The notes beneath the pieces are model-generated. The model was not told where the DNA came from. It ran no database searches and saw nothing but the letters and a program-made list of their open reading frames with translations. From Phoronis australis (lineage: Eukaryota > Animalia > Phoronida), in assembly GCA_002633005.1 (NCBI GenBank), contig NMRA01000004.1, forward strand, positions 935,793 to 999,792: a stretch of 64,000 nt of DNA, read 5' to 3'. Each line of letters starts with the position of its first letter. Within the stretch, counting starts at the first letter, position 1. This document shows positions 37,801 to 50,910 of the stretch, piece after piece. The position numbers were made by a program, and so were the translations under genes.

Positions 37801-39169
37801 ATTCCCTCGACAGGTTCAAGAAACCGCAAATAGTCTTACCAGTTATATTTTGCCTCTTTTTACTTTCCTCTAACAAAAATGAATCAAAACTCTGCCATCT
37901 TCTACCATTAGTTTTTGACCTAATGACGTCATGTAGTGACACGAATGACAGCCAATGAGCACAGAGAATGCTCTAGTTCATGAGTTCCTCGTAAGGTTAA
38001 GAAATGCAAATGGCAGAGTGACATGTGAAAGTTCTTTCCAAGGACTTGATTTACATGCAATTACATTAGACATATTATTTCAGCAGATAAGTTCATGCGA
38101 TTAGCAATTTCAATGTGAGCAGGTTAATATTTGATGTGCACTTTGAGCTTCATGTGTACATTTGGCATTTGATTCTACACTTTTACTGTGCGGACTTCCA
38201 ATCCTAAGGGTTTGTTTAGGCTCAATAAGATGGGTTGACATGGCCGGTCATTTTATGGTCTTGAGCAATAACTAGGTGTTAGTTCTATACAAGACCAGAA
38301 ATCAATTTTCGTTAGAGAAATGATAGTTATTTTTATATGGGCAAGTGGTCTAATGTGAAAGTCAGTTTCTTTGACAGCAGGTGGGTTTGTAGCGGCTTTG
38401 AGTGAAAATTATATTATTAAGTAAATCAACACAAAACAGGGTGTGTTCAACTTCAAACCATCAAGCTAGATAGCAAACAAGAAATTTGATTGGTTCGCGG
38501 ACTGAATAGAGACATCAGGAGCCAATCAAATGTCTTCACTGCGAGCTCGCTGATAGTGAACCGGGCACAAAGGGGGAAAACGGGATTCTACGTGCATTGA
38601 TCCAAACCACACGTCACACCATTCACTATGTGTACCTATTCTATTCTCCTCTACATTGTGCGATAATATGACCTGAGATTCGACTATACCTTTCACATCA
38701 TAACTGGTAGCCTCAATAGATTCGATAGCCTGGCAGAAAAAATTGGCAGATAGAGTCAGATGGGTATGCAGCGGTTACAAGGAGCTCTGCAAAAAACTTC
38801 AAGCTAAAGCAGAACATTATTCTGTTTATTGAATCCTCATCTACTAATCAGACTAGAGCTGTGAACTTGCAGGAAATTTGGAATACTACATTATGGAATT
38901 TAACCTTCAAGAAAAAGAAAAATTTCATGTTTTTGAACACTCATATGTTCTGGGAAGTTAGCAGGCAGTCAAGTCCATAATTTTGAAACAAAGAAATTTC
39001 AGGTGCCTACAGTTAACATAACAATGTTTGACACAAAACATGAATTACTTTCATATAAAAATGTTCTTCTCTTCAGTCAAAAGAGTTGAAATTCATAGCT
39101 AAGCGTTTCTCAACATTGCAAGCAACCACTGCTCAGTAATGACGCATAGTCATGTGATCTTCATCTTAC

Positions 39170-39255
39170 CGCAGATAAAATTCCTTCAAGACGTGAATAT
39201 GCGACGTGTAAGTCATCGTTGACTATGGTGTAGTCATAAGATCCAGGTTGGTCTC
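39170..39255 (-). CDS. GUK1: GUK1 exon
   Basis: [28 protein letters not shown]; AAG acceptor, GTAAG donor. Confidence 0.88.
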
Positions 39256-42200
39256 CTTAAACATAAAATTTAACAAGTGAAAGACAATCACATTGTTCAC
39301 TTCATATCTCAAGCAACTAGATAAAAATGGATCTCACCAAGAACATGACTCCAGTTTCGTAAAATCTTTAAATTAAAGACGCAACACAGTGGACAGATGA
39401 AGTGAATTCAAGATGACATGTTTCTACATGTACTTGACAGCGGTCTTCAAACTACTGGGTAAAGTACTTTAAGCATTTCTCGCAACGCAATAAGACTTCA
39501 AATAATAAATGTGATCTTCACAATTTGTTATTTTTGTCCCCAACGCTAGGACTTGCACCATAATTGGACAAAATGCAATTTCGTCCTAATGACAACTAAT
39601 TGCATCATATCATGCTAGTGAAAATGATTGACCAGGGCTTGTAATTGCATCATATCATACTAGTGAAAATGATTGACCAGGGCTTGTAATTGCATCATAT
39701 CATACTAGTGAAAATGATTGACCAGGGCTTGTAATTGCATCATATCATACTAGTGAAAATGATTGACCAGGGCTTGTAATTGCATCATATCATACTAGTG
39801 AAAATGATTGACCAGGGCTTGTAATTGCATCATATCATACTAGTGAAAATGATTGACCAGGGCTTGTAATTGCATCATATCATACTAGTGAAAATGATTG
39901 ACCAGGGCTTGTAATTGCATCATATCATACTAGTGAAAATGATTGACCAGGGCTTGTAATTGCATCATATCATACTAGTGAAAATGATTGACCAGGGCTT
40001 GTAATTGCATCATATCATACTAGTGAAAATGATTGACCAGGGCTTGTAATTGCATCATATCATACTAGTGAAAATGATTGACCAGGGCTTGTAATTGCAT
40101 CATATCATACTAGTGAAAATGATTGACCAGGGCTTGTAATTGCATCATATCATACTAGTGAAAATGATTGACCAGGGCTTGTAATTGCATCATATCATAC
40201 TAGTGAAAATGATTGACCAGGGCTTGTCAATGAAGTAAAATCCTGACGATACAAAAAGTGCGTCCACCTTCATTCTACCAAATGTGGCTTTGTTTCTGTG
40301 GCACTCAACCAACCGTATTTTATCTCCAGCTTGGCAGTATCTAATCTTTTCTTAATGGCCTCTTCTGTTTCCGTACCTCGACTACGCAGTCGCTCCTCCT
40401 GTAGGAACAGTCAGGCATACAGTAATAATTACTTATTTCCGTACACTTACCTTAATTCACACACAAACTTATTTGGTAAAACAATTCCATAGCGAACTGT
40501 CGGGCCAAGATAGTTTGTTCTACGTTTTCAAACATTTTAACAAGGAAGTCTACAACTGAGCAGCAACCGAATAACCATTGGAAGCACTTGGCGTGATCTG
40601 AGTAGAAATTCACTGGTTGTTGACCATTTCCACCAGTTGCCAGTCACTTACATTAATTTAGGGCATTAGTATGGCTTTGAAGGTACTGAGGTAGTTAAAA
40701 CATTACGAAGACAACCTTGATTTCTGCAAAATCTTTCTTTAATCATCCAATTTACATTTTTTGAATATTTGCATATTAAAGTATTGGATTTTATTCTTAA
40801 TCTTTTTGCATCACATAGTGTATTTTGCTTTATGCTTGTGACGCGTCTTCTCTTTAATTTTCTAAAACTGTGTTGATTTTGAAAAACCATACGAATAAGG
40901 AAATAGCACTTCCGTCTCAAAAGTAAACCCATCCAACTGATGTGAAACTTTCCAAAATAATGTAGAACAGTAAGTCGACAGCTTTTCAGAAAATCGCACA
41001 ACAAAAATTAATTGGGAAGAAAATATACAGCGGCATAGTCTGCTCACCAAAACACCCATGCTTGGCGGCTTAACGAATATATAGATAGGGTCCAAATTCG
41101 TGTTCTTTATACTCTTCACACCCTGCATGTCGACGTCCAAAATACACAATCTTCCCGTCTTCCTTACATCCTCTATAGCCTTTTTACTGAAACGGATAAT
41201 TAGAAAATTTAAATTGACTGCCATATATAAATACAGTTAAGAACTTCTCACTCATCCTATGGTTTCAGTAACTATTCATACGCTAAATTAACACGACCAA
41301 AAATTAAAATTATAATAACTAAGATGTATTAGCTAGAACATTTTGGTTTAAAAATGTGTTCTGTTCACATGACAAGCTTGATACTGCTAAAATGTTGAAC
41401 ACCAGCCACCGATCGCCGTGTTATCAATCTTGAACAAATACACACAAGTCTATTTACAAGGAAAATGTGACAGTCATAATACTCCAGCCAGGGCTGTGAA
41501 GCCTTAACTTGGGATGAACTCTTCAGGTACTGCGGCATTCGGTGACTGAGTCAACAACTAATGCAATAACTTGCTGCCTGATAGATAGCTCTCTGTTGAC
41601 CTGGCACCTGCTGCTTCTGTTACTGGCTCTCACCGATTCATGTGTGAGTATTTGTAGTATCTAACAATGTTCGGGAACTTTTCACCAATTCAAGCACATT
41701 CTAGGACTTTCCGGAATCTACCCAATAATTATACATTACTACTTACTAGGGCGCAGAACACGCTTCTACATCAATCACTAACATTCTGGTACTACATGGA
41801 ATGTTCTCAAGAATTTTATTGTAAAGCAATTGCATAATCATTGGCCTTGCTCTATAGGTCACGTCAAACAATTACTGCTAGTAAACAAAAAACAGCCAAA
41901 TAAAAATAATAGAACCAAGTCAGAGTCAGTTTATTTCTGACAGATTTCCCACAGGAAATTAGAATTTAAACTGTTGAACTTAAAGCGTTTACCAAAGCCA
42001 AACCCACATGACTTGATGCGTTGTAAGTTTTAAAACATCTTAAGAGCAAAACATTTTATGAATGCTTCCACACAACAAAATTTAAAACATTAAAATGCTC
42101 TAGCTAAATGTTTTAAGATGCTCCACTGAAAAACAACACTTTACATTCATTTCATTTCATTGAATCAGTGTATCTGAATATATTGTTCGATACAAAGTTT

Positions 42201-45200
42201 TAATCAACTTTCCATCTCTCCTCCCACTCTAATCAAAATTCTTATGGGAATATTGAGTTTTTTGACATCGACGTTACGTAACACAAAAGAGTGGTCTTCA
42301 AGTTACATTTTCTTAAATCCCAAGTGACAATCAAGAATCATCATGAACAGAGTTTAATCAATACCACTCAGGGAAGTAATTCTTAAATTACTTTGCACAA
42401 GGATATTGATTAAACTAAGCTAACAAGTAGCTCTCATTATGAAACGTCAAACACAAAAAGCGTATTACCTTGTGCCGTACACATTCCCTGAGAATTCCGC
42501 GTATTCAACAAATTCTCCATTCCCAACAGCCTTCATCATGTCATCTCTTTCCACAAAGTGATATTCTCTCCCATTCTGCTCACCAGGACGAGGCTGACGA
42601 GTTGTATCTGCACACAAAGGGAGATAAATCTAAAACTGACTTCATCTTTGCTGGATTCTTTACTTGGGGGCAAAACACCTAGCAGTTTTTCAGTAGCAGA
42701 AACGCTCAGTGCTGCGCCAAAAACTTGGTTCTGGTTTTTACACGGCTCATTTTGAGAAAATGCCGCTCGCATCAACTTCAGCCAAGGTATTGGGTTTATT
42801 TGAAAACCTGCACAAAGCCACGAAAGCAAGATTTGAAATGCGTGATTTTCCAAACGATGGTTAAAAAGATGTTGCATCAGGTGGATTTTCTTTTTGAAAG
42901 AGTCAGCAACTAAACAAAGTTACACCAACTCAATTTTCCAAAAAGAGGCTAAAACTAACTATGCTTGTATTGCTCTAAGACAGGAAATGCACAATCTGCA
43001 ATGAATGTAAGAAAGCAATGAGTAATATGAACAGTCTTAAGTTTCACATTAGAAACTCCATTTACAGTAAAATTATTAAGACAAGTGGAGCAGGACAATT
43101 TCCGTATTAGCTTTCAACTTAACACCAGGGGCGGATCCAGGATTTTGAGCAAGGGGTGCCAGGGCAGAGTATTAGCCAGGATTTTGCCCGTCAGACATTC
43201 GCACCCCCATACTGCCAAATGGAATCTGGGAGAATTTTAAGGGGGGCCTTGGCCCCCTCTAAATCCGCCACTGAACACAGGCTGAAACTAATTGAAATAC
43301 TGCACACTGGAGTTTTGTGAAATTGAATTCCTTGCAGCAAAAAGAGTAGGATAATTTTCCCCTGAAGAAATACTATAAAATGTACAAATTTAAAACTGAT
43401 GTAATTGGCTTTGGTTTGTTAATGAGAAAGCATTTCAATGGGTGATTTTTCATAATGGCACTCTCTTCTAGAGTAATGAGAGGGGAAAAAGTGACTTTCA
43501 CTTGATCTCAACTTGTGTTTGGTGAACAGAAATTCACAGCTACATTTATTGGTTCATTAATTTTAAAAACAGAAGAACAAATCCCACGGTCAACCCATAC
43601 CATTCTTTGATTAGGTTAAGTTCACTAATTCATTTTAACTTTTTGATATCGGCTGAGATCGAAATTCTCCCGTTTTATCAGTCGTAGCCACTGACTATGC
43701 AGCAGTGAAGTCTTCATCACAGTGGAAAATGTATGGGACACGACGTCCTTCATCCACGGATATTACAAGATGTTTCAATTGCCTTTTAGCCATTCAATAT
43801 ATTTCGCCTCACATCATTGAAAACTTGCTGGCATTATGATATCAGGAAAAGTGTTAATACCACAAGGCTGAAACCTGCCATCTGCATTACATATTTAATT
43901 CTGTAGGTGGCATTGAATGCCTGTCCACAAAAGACATGTTCGCCATCTGGTGGGATATAGTGAATTTCAATATGGCATGGCGGTTTCCAAAATCAGCAAT
44001 ATCACGATGGATGAATTCGTCTGTTGTAAATGTATGAATGGAAATAGTAAATTCCCTGATAGAAATAATACTATGTCTATCCATAGAGATACCTAGTAAG
44101 TCTATTGATACAGCTATTGGTGGAGATAATAACTCTAGTTTTGGCCACTCTCCATTGTCCCTGACAGTGTGTTACAATCTGAATGCAATGTCTATAATAT
44201 GCAAGACCAAACTTTAAAGGGATGTGTGCTGACATAATAGGGGACTTTTCATATTGGCGCTCTCCAGAGTAATGAGAGTACAAAAGTGATCCGTTCTAAA
44301 ATATTCAATTAGCAGCAAGTATCAATAACATCCCATCAAACAGTTTGCCTAAAGTTCAACAAAAATGTGACGAAACTGCCAAACAATTATGGCAAGAAGT
44401 TAATCTAGGTTTTGCAGAGTGTGACAGAGGGCTATTTGGAGAACTGTGGTATGCCTATATAAACATGATGGTAGTCAGCAAGCAGCATGCATTCAAACAC
44501 GGCTCTCGCTCACCTAAGGGGAAAGCCAACTTCATCTCTGTCACCAACAATTGGCTCAGTTCCTACCCCTCAAGTAGCCAAGATTTCATTTTGCATACCT
44601 CAAGGGGACTTTTTTATTCATTGGAGGGGATTTTTTTGGTCTGATGATGGTAATTCTGTGTGGTTTTCAAAAATTTTTCTTCGGGGGAATGGAGTGGGCA
44701 TTCGGCTTCAAAATGGAGGCATCGAGGGCCCAGTCAAATATGGAGTGTATGTTGGTGCATCAAATTGTCACGGCATGGAATAATTTATATTTATCTGCAC
44801 AGAATGTACTGAATATAGAGGACAACTGAAACTTTATTGATTTCATCTTTTCCCTGGTGCCTTCAACTACAGCACAGTCGTGGACTTTCCCATACCCCAA
44901 GGATGCACAATTTGTCAAGAAAATGATATAATCAACTAATACAAAGGAATCTAATTACACCTAATTACCAGCAGATAGACACCAGCGTGTCAGTGATCTG
45001 AAATCTCAAGAGAAAGTGAATTCGCAATTTAACTAAAAGAAAATTGGACCAAAAATCAATAACAAAATTAACTTAATAACCTATTCACTGATGTGGATGA
45101 AAAGATTGCCCAGGAACGAGAAGGGTTTTTACATTCAACTTCCAATGTTTAAATTTCATGAAAAGAACTCTTGAGAAGTATGTTTTGAGATTACAACGAC

Positions 45201-48200
45201 ATGCACCGGAGTCACACCTGTCGGGACTTGTTGAGATTTCACCAGAACTTAAATCGAATTTTAGTCAAAATGAAATGGATACTTAGTCATGGTTCTGTGC
45301 GGCCAATCTTTGCCAAATTTTGAGGTTGTGCAGTTTATTTTGAAAACTCCGATAGCATGTATTTGCACCCAAGTTTGGTTAAACATGGATCTCTATACAG
45401 ATAAAATGACTGCCATATGTACCAAAAACCAAGGTAAGGCAACAGCTCTGCAAATTCCAACATTCTTTAATTTTTTAGTTTCCAAAAACTTTTCTGTTAA
45501 TTTGAACATGATGCAACGGTCCGCAATTTTACATTCTACTCATTCAAGACTGCCTCTACAATGTGCCATAAGTTTTCACAAACTATATGGACAATTCATA
45601 TGCCCAACAAAGTTCCTACGAAAGAAGAGCCTTTACTTGAGAAGCCAAAATACCAGAGGCGATTTTAACTTTTAGTTTCTAATCGTTTTGTACAGATGCC
45701 CTATAATATTTCCAAACAATCTACATTTATTTTCCTCACCCCTCTTAAAAGTTTGTTCAAATGAAGGCTTCTTATATCCCAAAAAGCATTTATTAAGTTC
45801 GTACTCTTACAATGAGGGAAGTTCACGGAAGCCTTACTCAGCCTTATCTCTCTCTTGGTGTATTTCCCTTGAGAGACATCAACTTATTACAGAGTGCAAT
45901 GCCTTGATATTCATTAGCACTGGTAATGAAGTCATTGAAAAATGTATTTTACACACTCTTTATAGCTGAGAAACGGAACAACATTAACACATCTTGTCAC
46001 AAAGCCCTGCATAAGTTTTGAACTGAATAATTCAATGGATGTCTAGTGAGAAATGTGCAAGACTTCGGTTGCGAAAACCGTGCACTCGAGGTCTCGACAC
46101 TAGTAGCAAATGTGTGACCTTCACATAAAGTGTGGGACTAACATTCAGCTCAAAACAAAGAAATGTACTAGCGGAATAAAAACTCACTTTTCTGGTTACA
46201 AGAATTGAAGGGCGCTGACCTCTTGTCTCAATCAGTTTCAAACACCGTCATGTACCAGGAAAATACAATTCAGTGGCACTGTTGAGTGTGCCAGATATCT
46301 GACATACTCCTTCTTCTAGAAATGCTGCAACACCTATAGATGGCGCTAGAAATGACCGACCGAAACATAACAGGCTACAGGTTGGTAGAAATGACCGACC
46401 GAAACATAGTGCCAACCTAAACGGGCTACAGGTTGGTAGAAATGACGAATAAACCAAACTTTTGCTTCTTAGATGGAGCGCGGCTGATAGTCAATTTGAG
46501 CAACAGATGAGCAGGCATGCACTGTGAATTTCACGAACATCACAATAAAATTATTCCATTATCACATTGAAATTTGAACTCTGGAAATGTATACCAATAT
46601 CACAACACTTGTAGATGTATAATTTGACTGCGGAGACAGAACTTACGCGAAACACTAAATGCGAATACACTGGGGTGCTCCTTCATCAATCTTTTGACCA
46701 GTGTTGACTTTCCTGAGCCACTTGGTCCACTGAACACAAGAGGCTTCAAGCTCATGTTTGTATGCAAGTAATGGCGACTGCCCTGCAACGGAAGAAACAA
46801 TCACAAATAAATCCACGGGCAATTCCATTTGTGACAGACGTACAATCAGAGAAAATTTTTATCAATTGTGAAAAAAATGTTTTAATCCTAGGAAAATAAT
46901 TAATACATCATTTGTTAGGTCTCATTGATAGCTTTCAAACCATGTATCCCTTTTCTCCTATCTTTTAACCTGACTGTGAAAATTGCCTTTAAAGTGGTGC
47001 GACGGATGTACGCAGAGAATTTGAATGTTTGAAAAAAACTTTTCTAACATTAATTTTCTGCGGGTTGCATTTAGTTACAATTTTTTGTTTTATATGATTT
47101 ACCAGAATTTTTGCAAAGTACAACAAAAAAATTTTTTGATGATATCTTCTAAAAAAATTTTGTCAGACAGCTCAATGTAGGTTGAGTGAGTGTGACAGAC
47201 ATACGTGATGAACGTACGCTCTGAATTTCTAGTATTAAATTGCTTGTTGTGACTAAGATATCATTTCAGAATAATTCATACTTTGGCAGTATTTAAGCTG
47301 TATTGGTCTTTTGCAACTGATTCAATGTTTTGTAATCAAAATCCACCAATTGACCTTTTGGACGAAATCATCACATGTAGGCCTATGCTAGGAATGCACT
47401 GTATGATATTAACTTTTCAATACATCTGATTAAAGATATAAAACAACCTCCTAAAATCCTCACTGCCCTTCAAAGATGGTAAGCAATATAGATGGGAATG
47501 AGAGTGGTAACCATTTTGAATAACATCTGTTGGTTATCAGGAAAACCGTTTTTATGCTAATTTAATATTAAGAAGTAAATGTGACTGTCAAAATATAAAA
47601 TGTTAAAGTTTAAAAAATAATAATCATCATTTCTAAATGACAATTTAATCTCGTCAAAGCTCAGCAGAAAAAATAGTCTCATTCCTAAGATGATTGCAAG
47701 ATCAAAGTTCTTGTTTTAACAAAAATGTGTAAGATAATGAAATCGTTTCATACAAGCCACCCAAGCCACTGTAAAGCACAAGAGTGACTATAGTCAGTGA
47801 GAGTGTGACAAAAGTGCTCATTAAAGTAGTTGACAGGTTGCTACCACTTAAAAATGCCCAGCATCGGCTTTTTCAACTCAAAACAAAACATAGCAGTTCA
47901 CAGCAGAAATGGAACGTTCACTTGATTCCAGCGCAACAGCAACTTGACATGTTTTCCTTTAGGTTGTTATTTATACTCCATAACACCTTTGGAATTCTTT
48001 TATAGGAATATTTTGCATCTTGAGTTTTCCAAAAGCTAAGTATTTTTTTACAAAGACAGGGAGCAACAGAAAAACAACAAGTTCATTAAATTAACATTTT
48101 GTTTCATTTACTTTTTACAATGTGGTCCATCAGTCTGATTTTAACACCTTGAACTTTACTAAGAATAACTCCATGATACTGTAAATCATAACTTTTCAGC

Positions 48201-50910
48201 AAATACTTTTGAAATTGAAAAAGTCCAAAGCATCTAGTTTAAATCTTTAGCAACTCCTTTGCTTGATTTTTAAAGCTGTCTTTGCAATCATGATATTTAA
48301 CCGTTTTAAGGTTCTTAGGTGTGAGATACATTTTACCTTCTTAAAGTTTATAAAGTAAAAATAAGACCTAGGGTTATTTTTATTGGCTGAAAAGTTGTAA
48401 TTTCATGGCTGTGAGGGACGTATGTGACGGACATACAAATTTTCCATAGGTCTGACACACAATTTCTGACTTAACGAATAATCCCTGGGATCTAAAATTT
48501 TGGTCAATACTAGTGAAATACCCAGAATTGGCTTATTTATGAGAACAATTACCAACACACATGAAAATTGAGCTAATTTTTTCGGATCAAGTGACCCCAA
48601 AAACTGGGTCCGTTTAGGCTATAGAAAATTCAAATATGAGCCATGAAACTAGACACTGGGCTTTCTGATGACACCAGAAATGTTAATTTAGATGCAAGTT
48701 TAATTATTTGTCTCGAGGTTGACCTTTTCATGGAATTGCCACCGACATTAAAATATGAAAATATGTCTTTAATGCTCTGAAACTCTAAAGTGTGCTAAAC
48801 CACCGAAGTGTAGCCTACAAGTTTGTCGAGTAACAGAACAATTGTGGGGGAAGACTACCCACCAAGTGCCTTTTTATGACACAGTGAGTAAGTGTTCTTT
48901 AGTTGAACCCTTTCTAATTATTCCTCAAGTGAGAATTCAATGGTGGGGAAGCAATGAGAATTAGATTAAACCACTACACAATTTGGGACAGGTCTCCCAT
49001 CTGTGCTGTCGCCTCTCAGTGTGGCTGGCAGATCGGTGACCTCCCCACAATCCTTTGTACATTTTTGTTTGTCCTTGACCACACTGACTGTAGTGGCATT
49101 CAATCTTCAATTTTGTTGATGGAACAAAGGACTTTTCGAAAAAAGTGTTGACTGTGGGAGTGTTTGTTCAAGTTGGAAGGATTTAAAGGGTAGTGGTCTT
49201 ATAGGTGGTTCCTTGAATTTAAAGTGATATCAGAACCATGCAAGTACTTCCACTGAATAATAAGCCGAGTGACTTTTCATCAGGGACCCGCATATCTCTG
49301 ACTATTACCATTAAAGATAGTAACTGCCATCAAAGATGTCTACACACAAACGAAACACATGTATCAACGGAATTTTGATAGTTTAGCCAAGGTTAAGTGA
49401 AATTTGCAGAAAAAAGTCCAGCATACAGTATTGATTATTATGCACCGATGCTTACAAGAAGGACTAGGAGTACTAGGAGAGAGTACACCCTAACGTAGCC
49501 CATACGCCGGATGATTTTCTGAAAATTATGCTTAACCCTGGCCAAACTAAGAAAGTTATATGTACCCTTCAAGTGGAAATGGACACATTTGGGGTAGCTG
49601 ATCTTTAAACACCCCCGCAATCAACATTTCTTTCCGAATAATCCTTCATTCAGTTACCAAAATCAGGAACTGAGCCATTTCTGTTTTGATTGCAAGAAAA
49701 ATTTTAAATCACATCAAGGTCGACCTCCATGACCTCGGGCACAATTAAGCCAATCACTAAACGTTGTACACTAGTGAACTACAAGTAGCTGCCTGACAGT
49801 TTGCCAGTGCTTGAAACATGGCCACCAGGGTTGCACCTTTCACACCTGGACATGAATGAAGAGACGTAACAAAAAGAAATCTTAATTATTTAAATATAAG
49901 TTCGTGTTGGAAGGAATTACATGACATCAATGGCTTCCTAACATGTCCCTCTGTGCTAGACAGTACCACCATCTCAACAGGCTGCAGTAGAGATGGTGGC
50001 CATTTCATAGGCCCTCCATACGATGGAAGCTTTCGATGAATTATGCCCTCACATTGATTGAACCGTCAACATCGTGTTACTGTAAGTACCTTTAGCACAT
50101 AGAAGGAGACCTTAGGAGACCGGTGAGATTTTTAATTCCTTCCAACGGAAACAACTACTCCTGCAATCAAATTTTTTTTGAATAGTCCTTCATTTAGTTG
50201 CCGAAATCGGCAGCTAGTCATTTTTACAAGTTTGCTCGCAACAGGGGATGCGACATGCCACAGTTGAGAAGCTCAGAACAGGTATTGTCCACCTCTGTAA
50301 GCTCAAAGGTAGGCCTACTTATAGCAACATGACTTAAGTCAGCATGAGGATAACTTGCTGAAAAGCTTCCAGTGTATGGTGGCCCAATGGGATGATCGCC
50401 ATCTGAGTCCGTTCCGCTGGCCAGATCAGACGGTACAAGCCCGGCAAAAGCAAAATGTTTAAGGAAGACAATTAAAAATCAAAAGACCCTTTATTCTCCG
50501 TCATGACGCCATGACGGCCGAGCCAAAGCCAAATTCGTCATTAAAGTAGAAAATCAGATAAGATCCCTCCGCTCGTCACCGTAATCAACGACGGTGTAAG
50601 CAAACTAAAGTGCGTGCTGGTCGAATCAGCCAGTCAAGACAGTGATCTACGCCCATCTCATGCCTCGTTAGTCGTAGCCGTAGGCCTACGACGCGTAGGA
50701 AGCCACGCACCCGCGAAAAGCAAGAACGTGTAATCTGATAAATCTTTGAAGATGTAACCAACAGTTCAGCCTAAAACACACTGCTCGTGTAAAAAATATA
50801 TCACTTTTGACAGCGAGAAAATTTTATCGATGCCTTAAGCTGAGAGAAGGCGACAACGTGTCACTCACCTGGAATGTTTGGGAAATAATAAAGCGAACAC
50901 AGCAACGCAT
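39170..50910 (-). CDS. GUK1: Guanylate kinase; terminal exon below 39170 unresolved
   Basis: Exons 50869-50910 (candidate), 46647-46782 (core ATG at 46755), 42469-42607, 41048-41186, 40314-40398, 39170-39255. Motifs: P-loop [67 protein letters not shown]. Confidence 0.92.
39597..40227. repeat. 45-bp minisatellite, about 14 near-identical copies
   Basis: Unit TAATTGCATCATATCATACTAGTGAAAATGATTGACCAGGGCTTG. Confidence 0.97.
40314..40398 (-). CDS. GUK1: GUK1 exon (LID region)
   Basis: [28 protein letters not shown](G). Confidence 0.92.
41048..41186 (-). CDS. GUK1: GUK1 exon
   Basis: [46 protein letters not shown]. Confidence 0.94.
41393..41942 (-). mobile_element. Possible solo LTR
   Basis: Minus strand TG...CA ends, internal AGAATGTT/AACATT-type repeats and GTAAATAGACTTGTGTGT near the 3' end; no TSD found. 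Confidence 0.3.
42469..42607 (-). CDS. GUK1: GUK1 exon (GMP-binding region)
   Basis: [46 protein letters not shown](S). Confidence 0.94.
43126..43273. mobile_element. MITE with CAGGGGCGGATCC-type TIR, copy 2
   Basis: CAGGGGCGGAT...ATCCGCCACTG, flanked by an AACAC direct repeat; shares an internal core (GGCAGAGTATTAGCCAG, TGCCAAATGGAATCTGG) with copy 1. Confidence 0.7.
46647..46782 (-). CDS. GUK1: GUK1 exon containing the P-loop
   Basis: [51 protein letters not shown] donor. Confidence 0.9.
46818..48740. mobile_element. ~1.9-kb putative non-autonomous DNA transposon
   Basis: Terminal inverted GGCAATTCCAT / ATGGAATTGCC; internal TGTGACAGAC/TGTGACGGAC motifs. Confidence 0.45.
50869..50910 (-). 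CDS. GUK1: Candidate GUK1 upstream exon (mitochondrial presequence)
   Basis: [14 protein letters not shown] then CAG|GTGAGT donor; phase 0 joins in frame to the acceptor at 46782. Confidence 0.6.
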
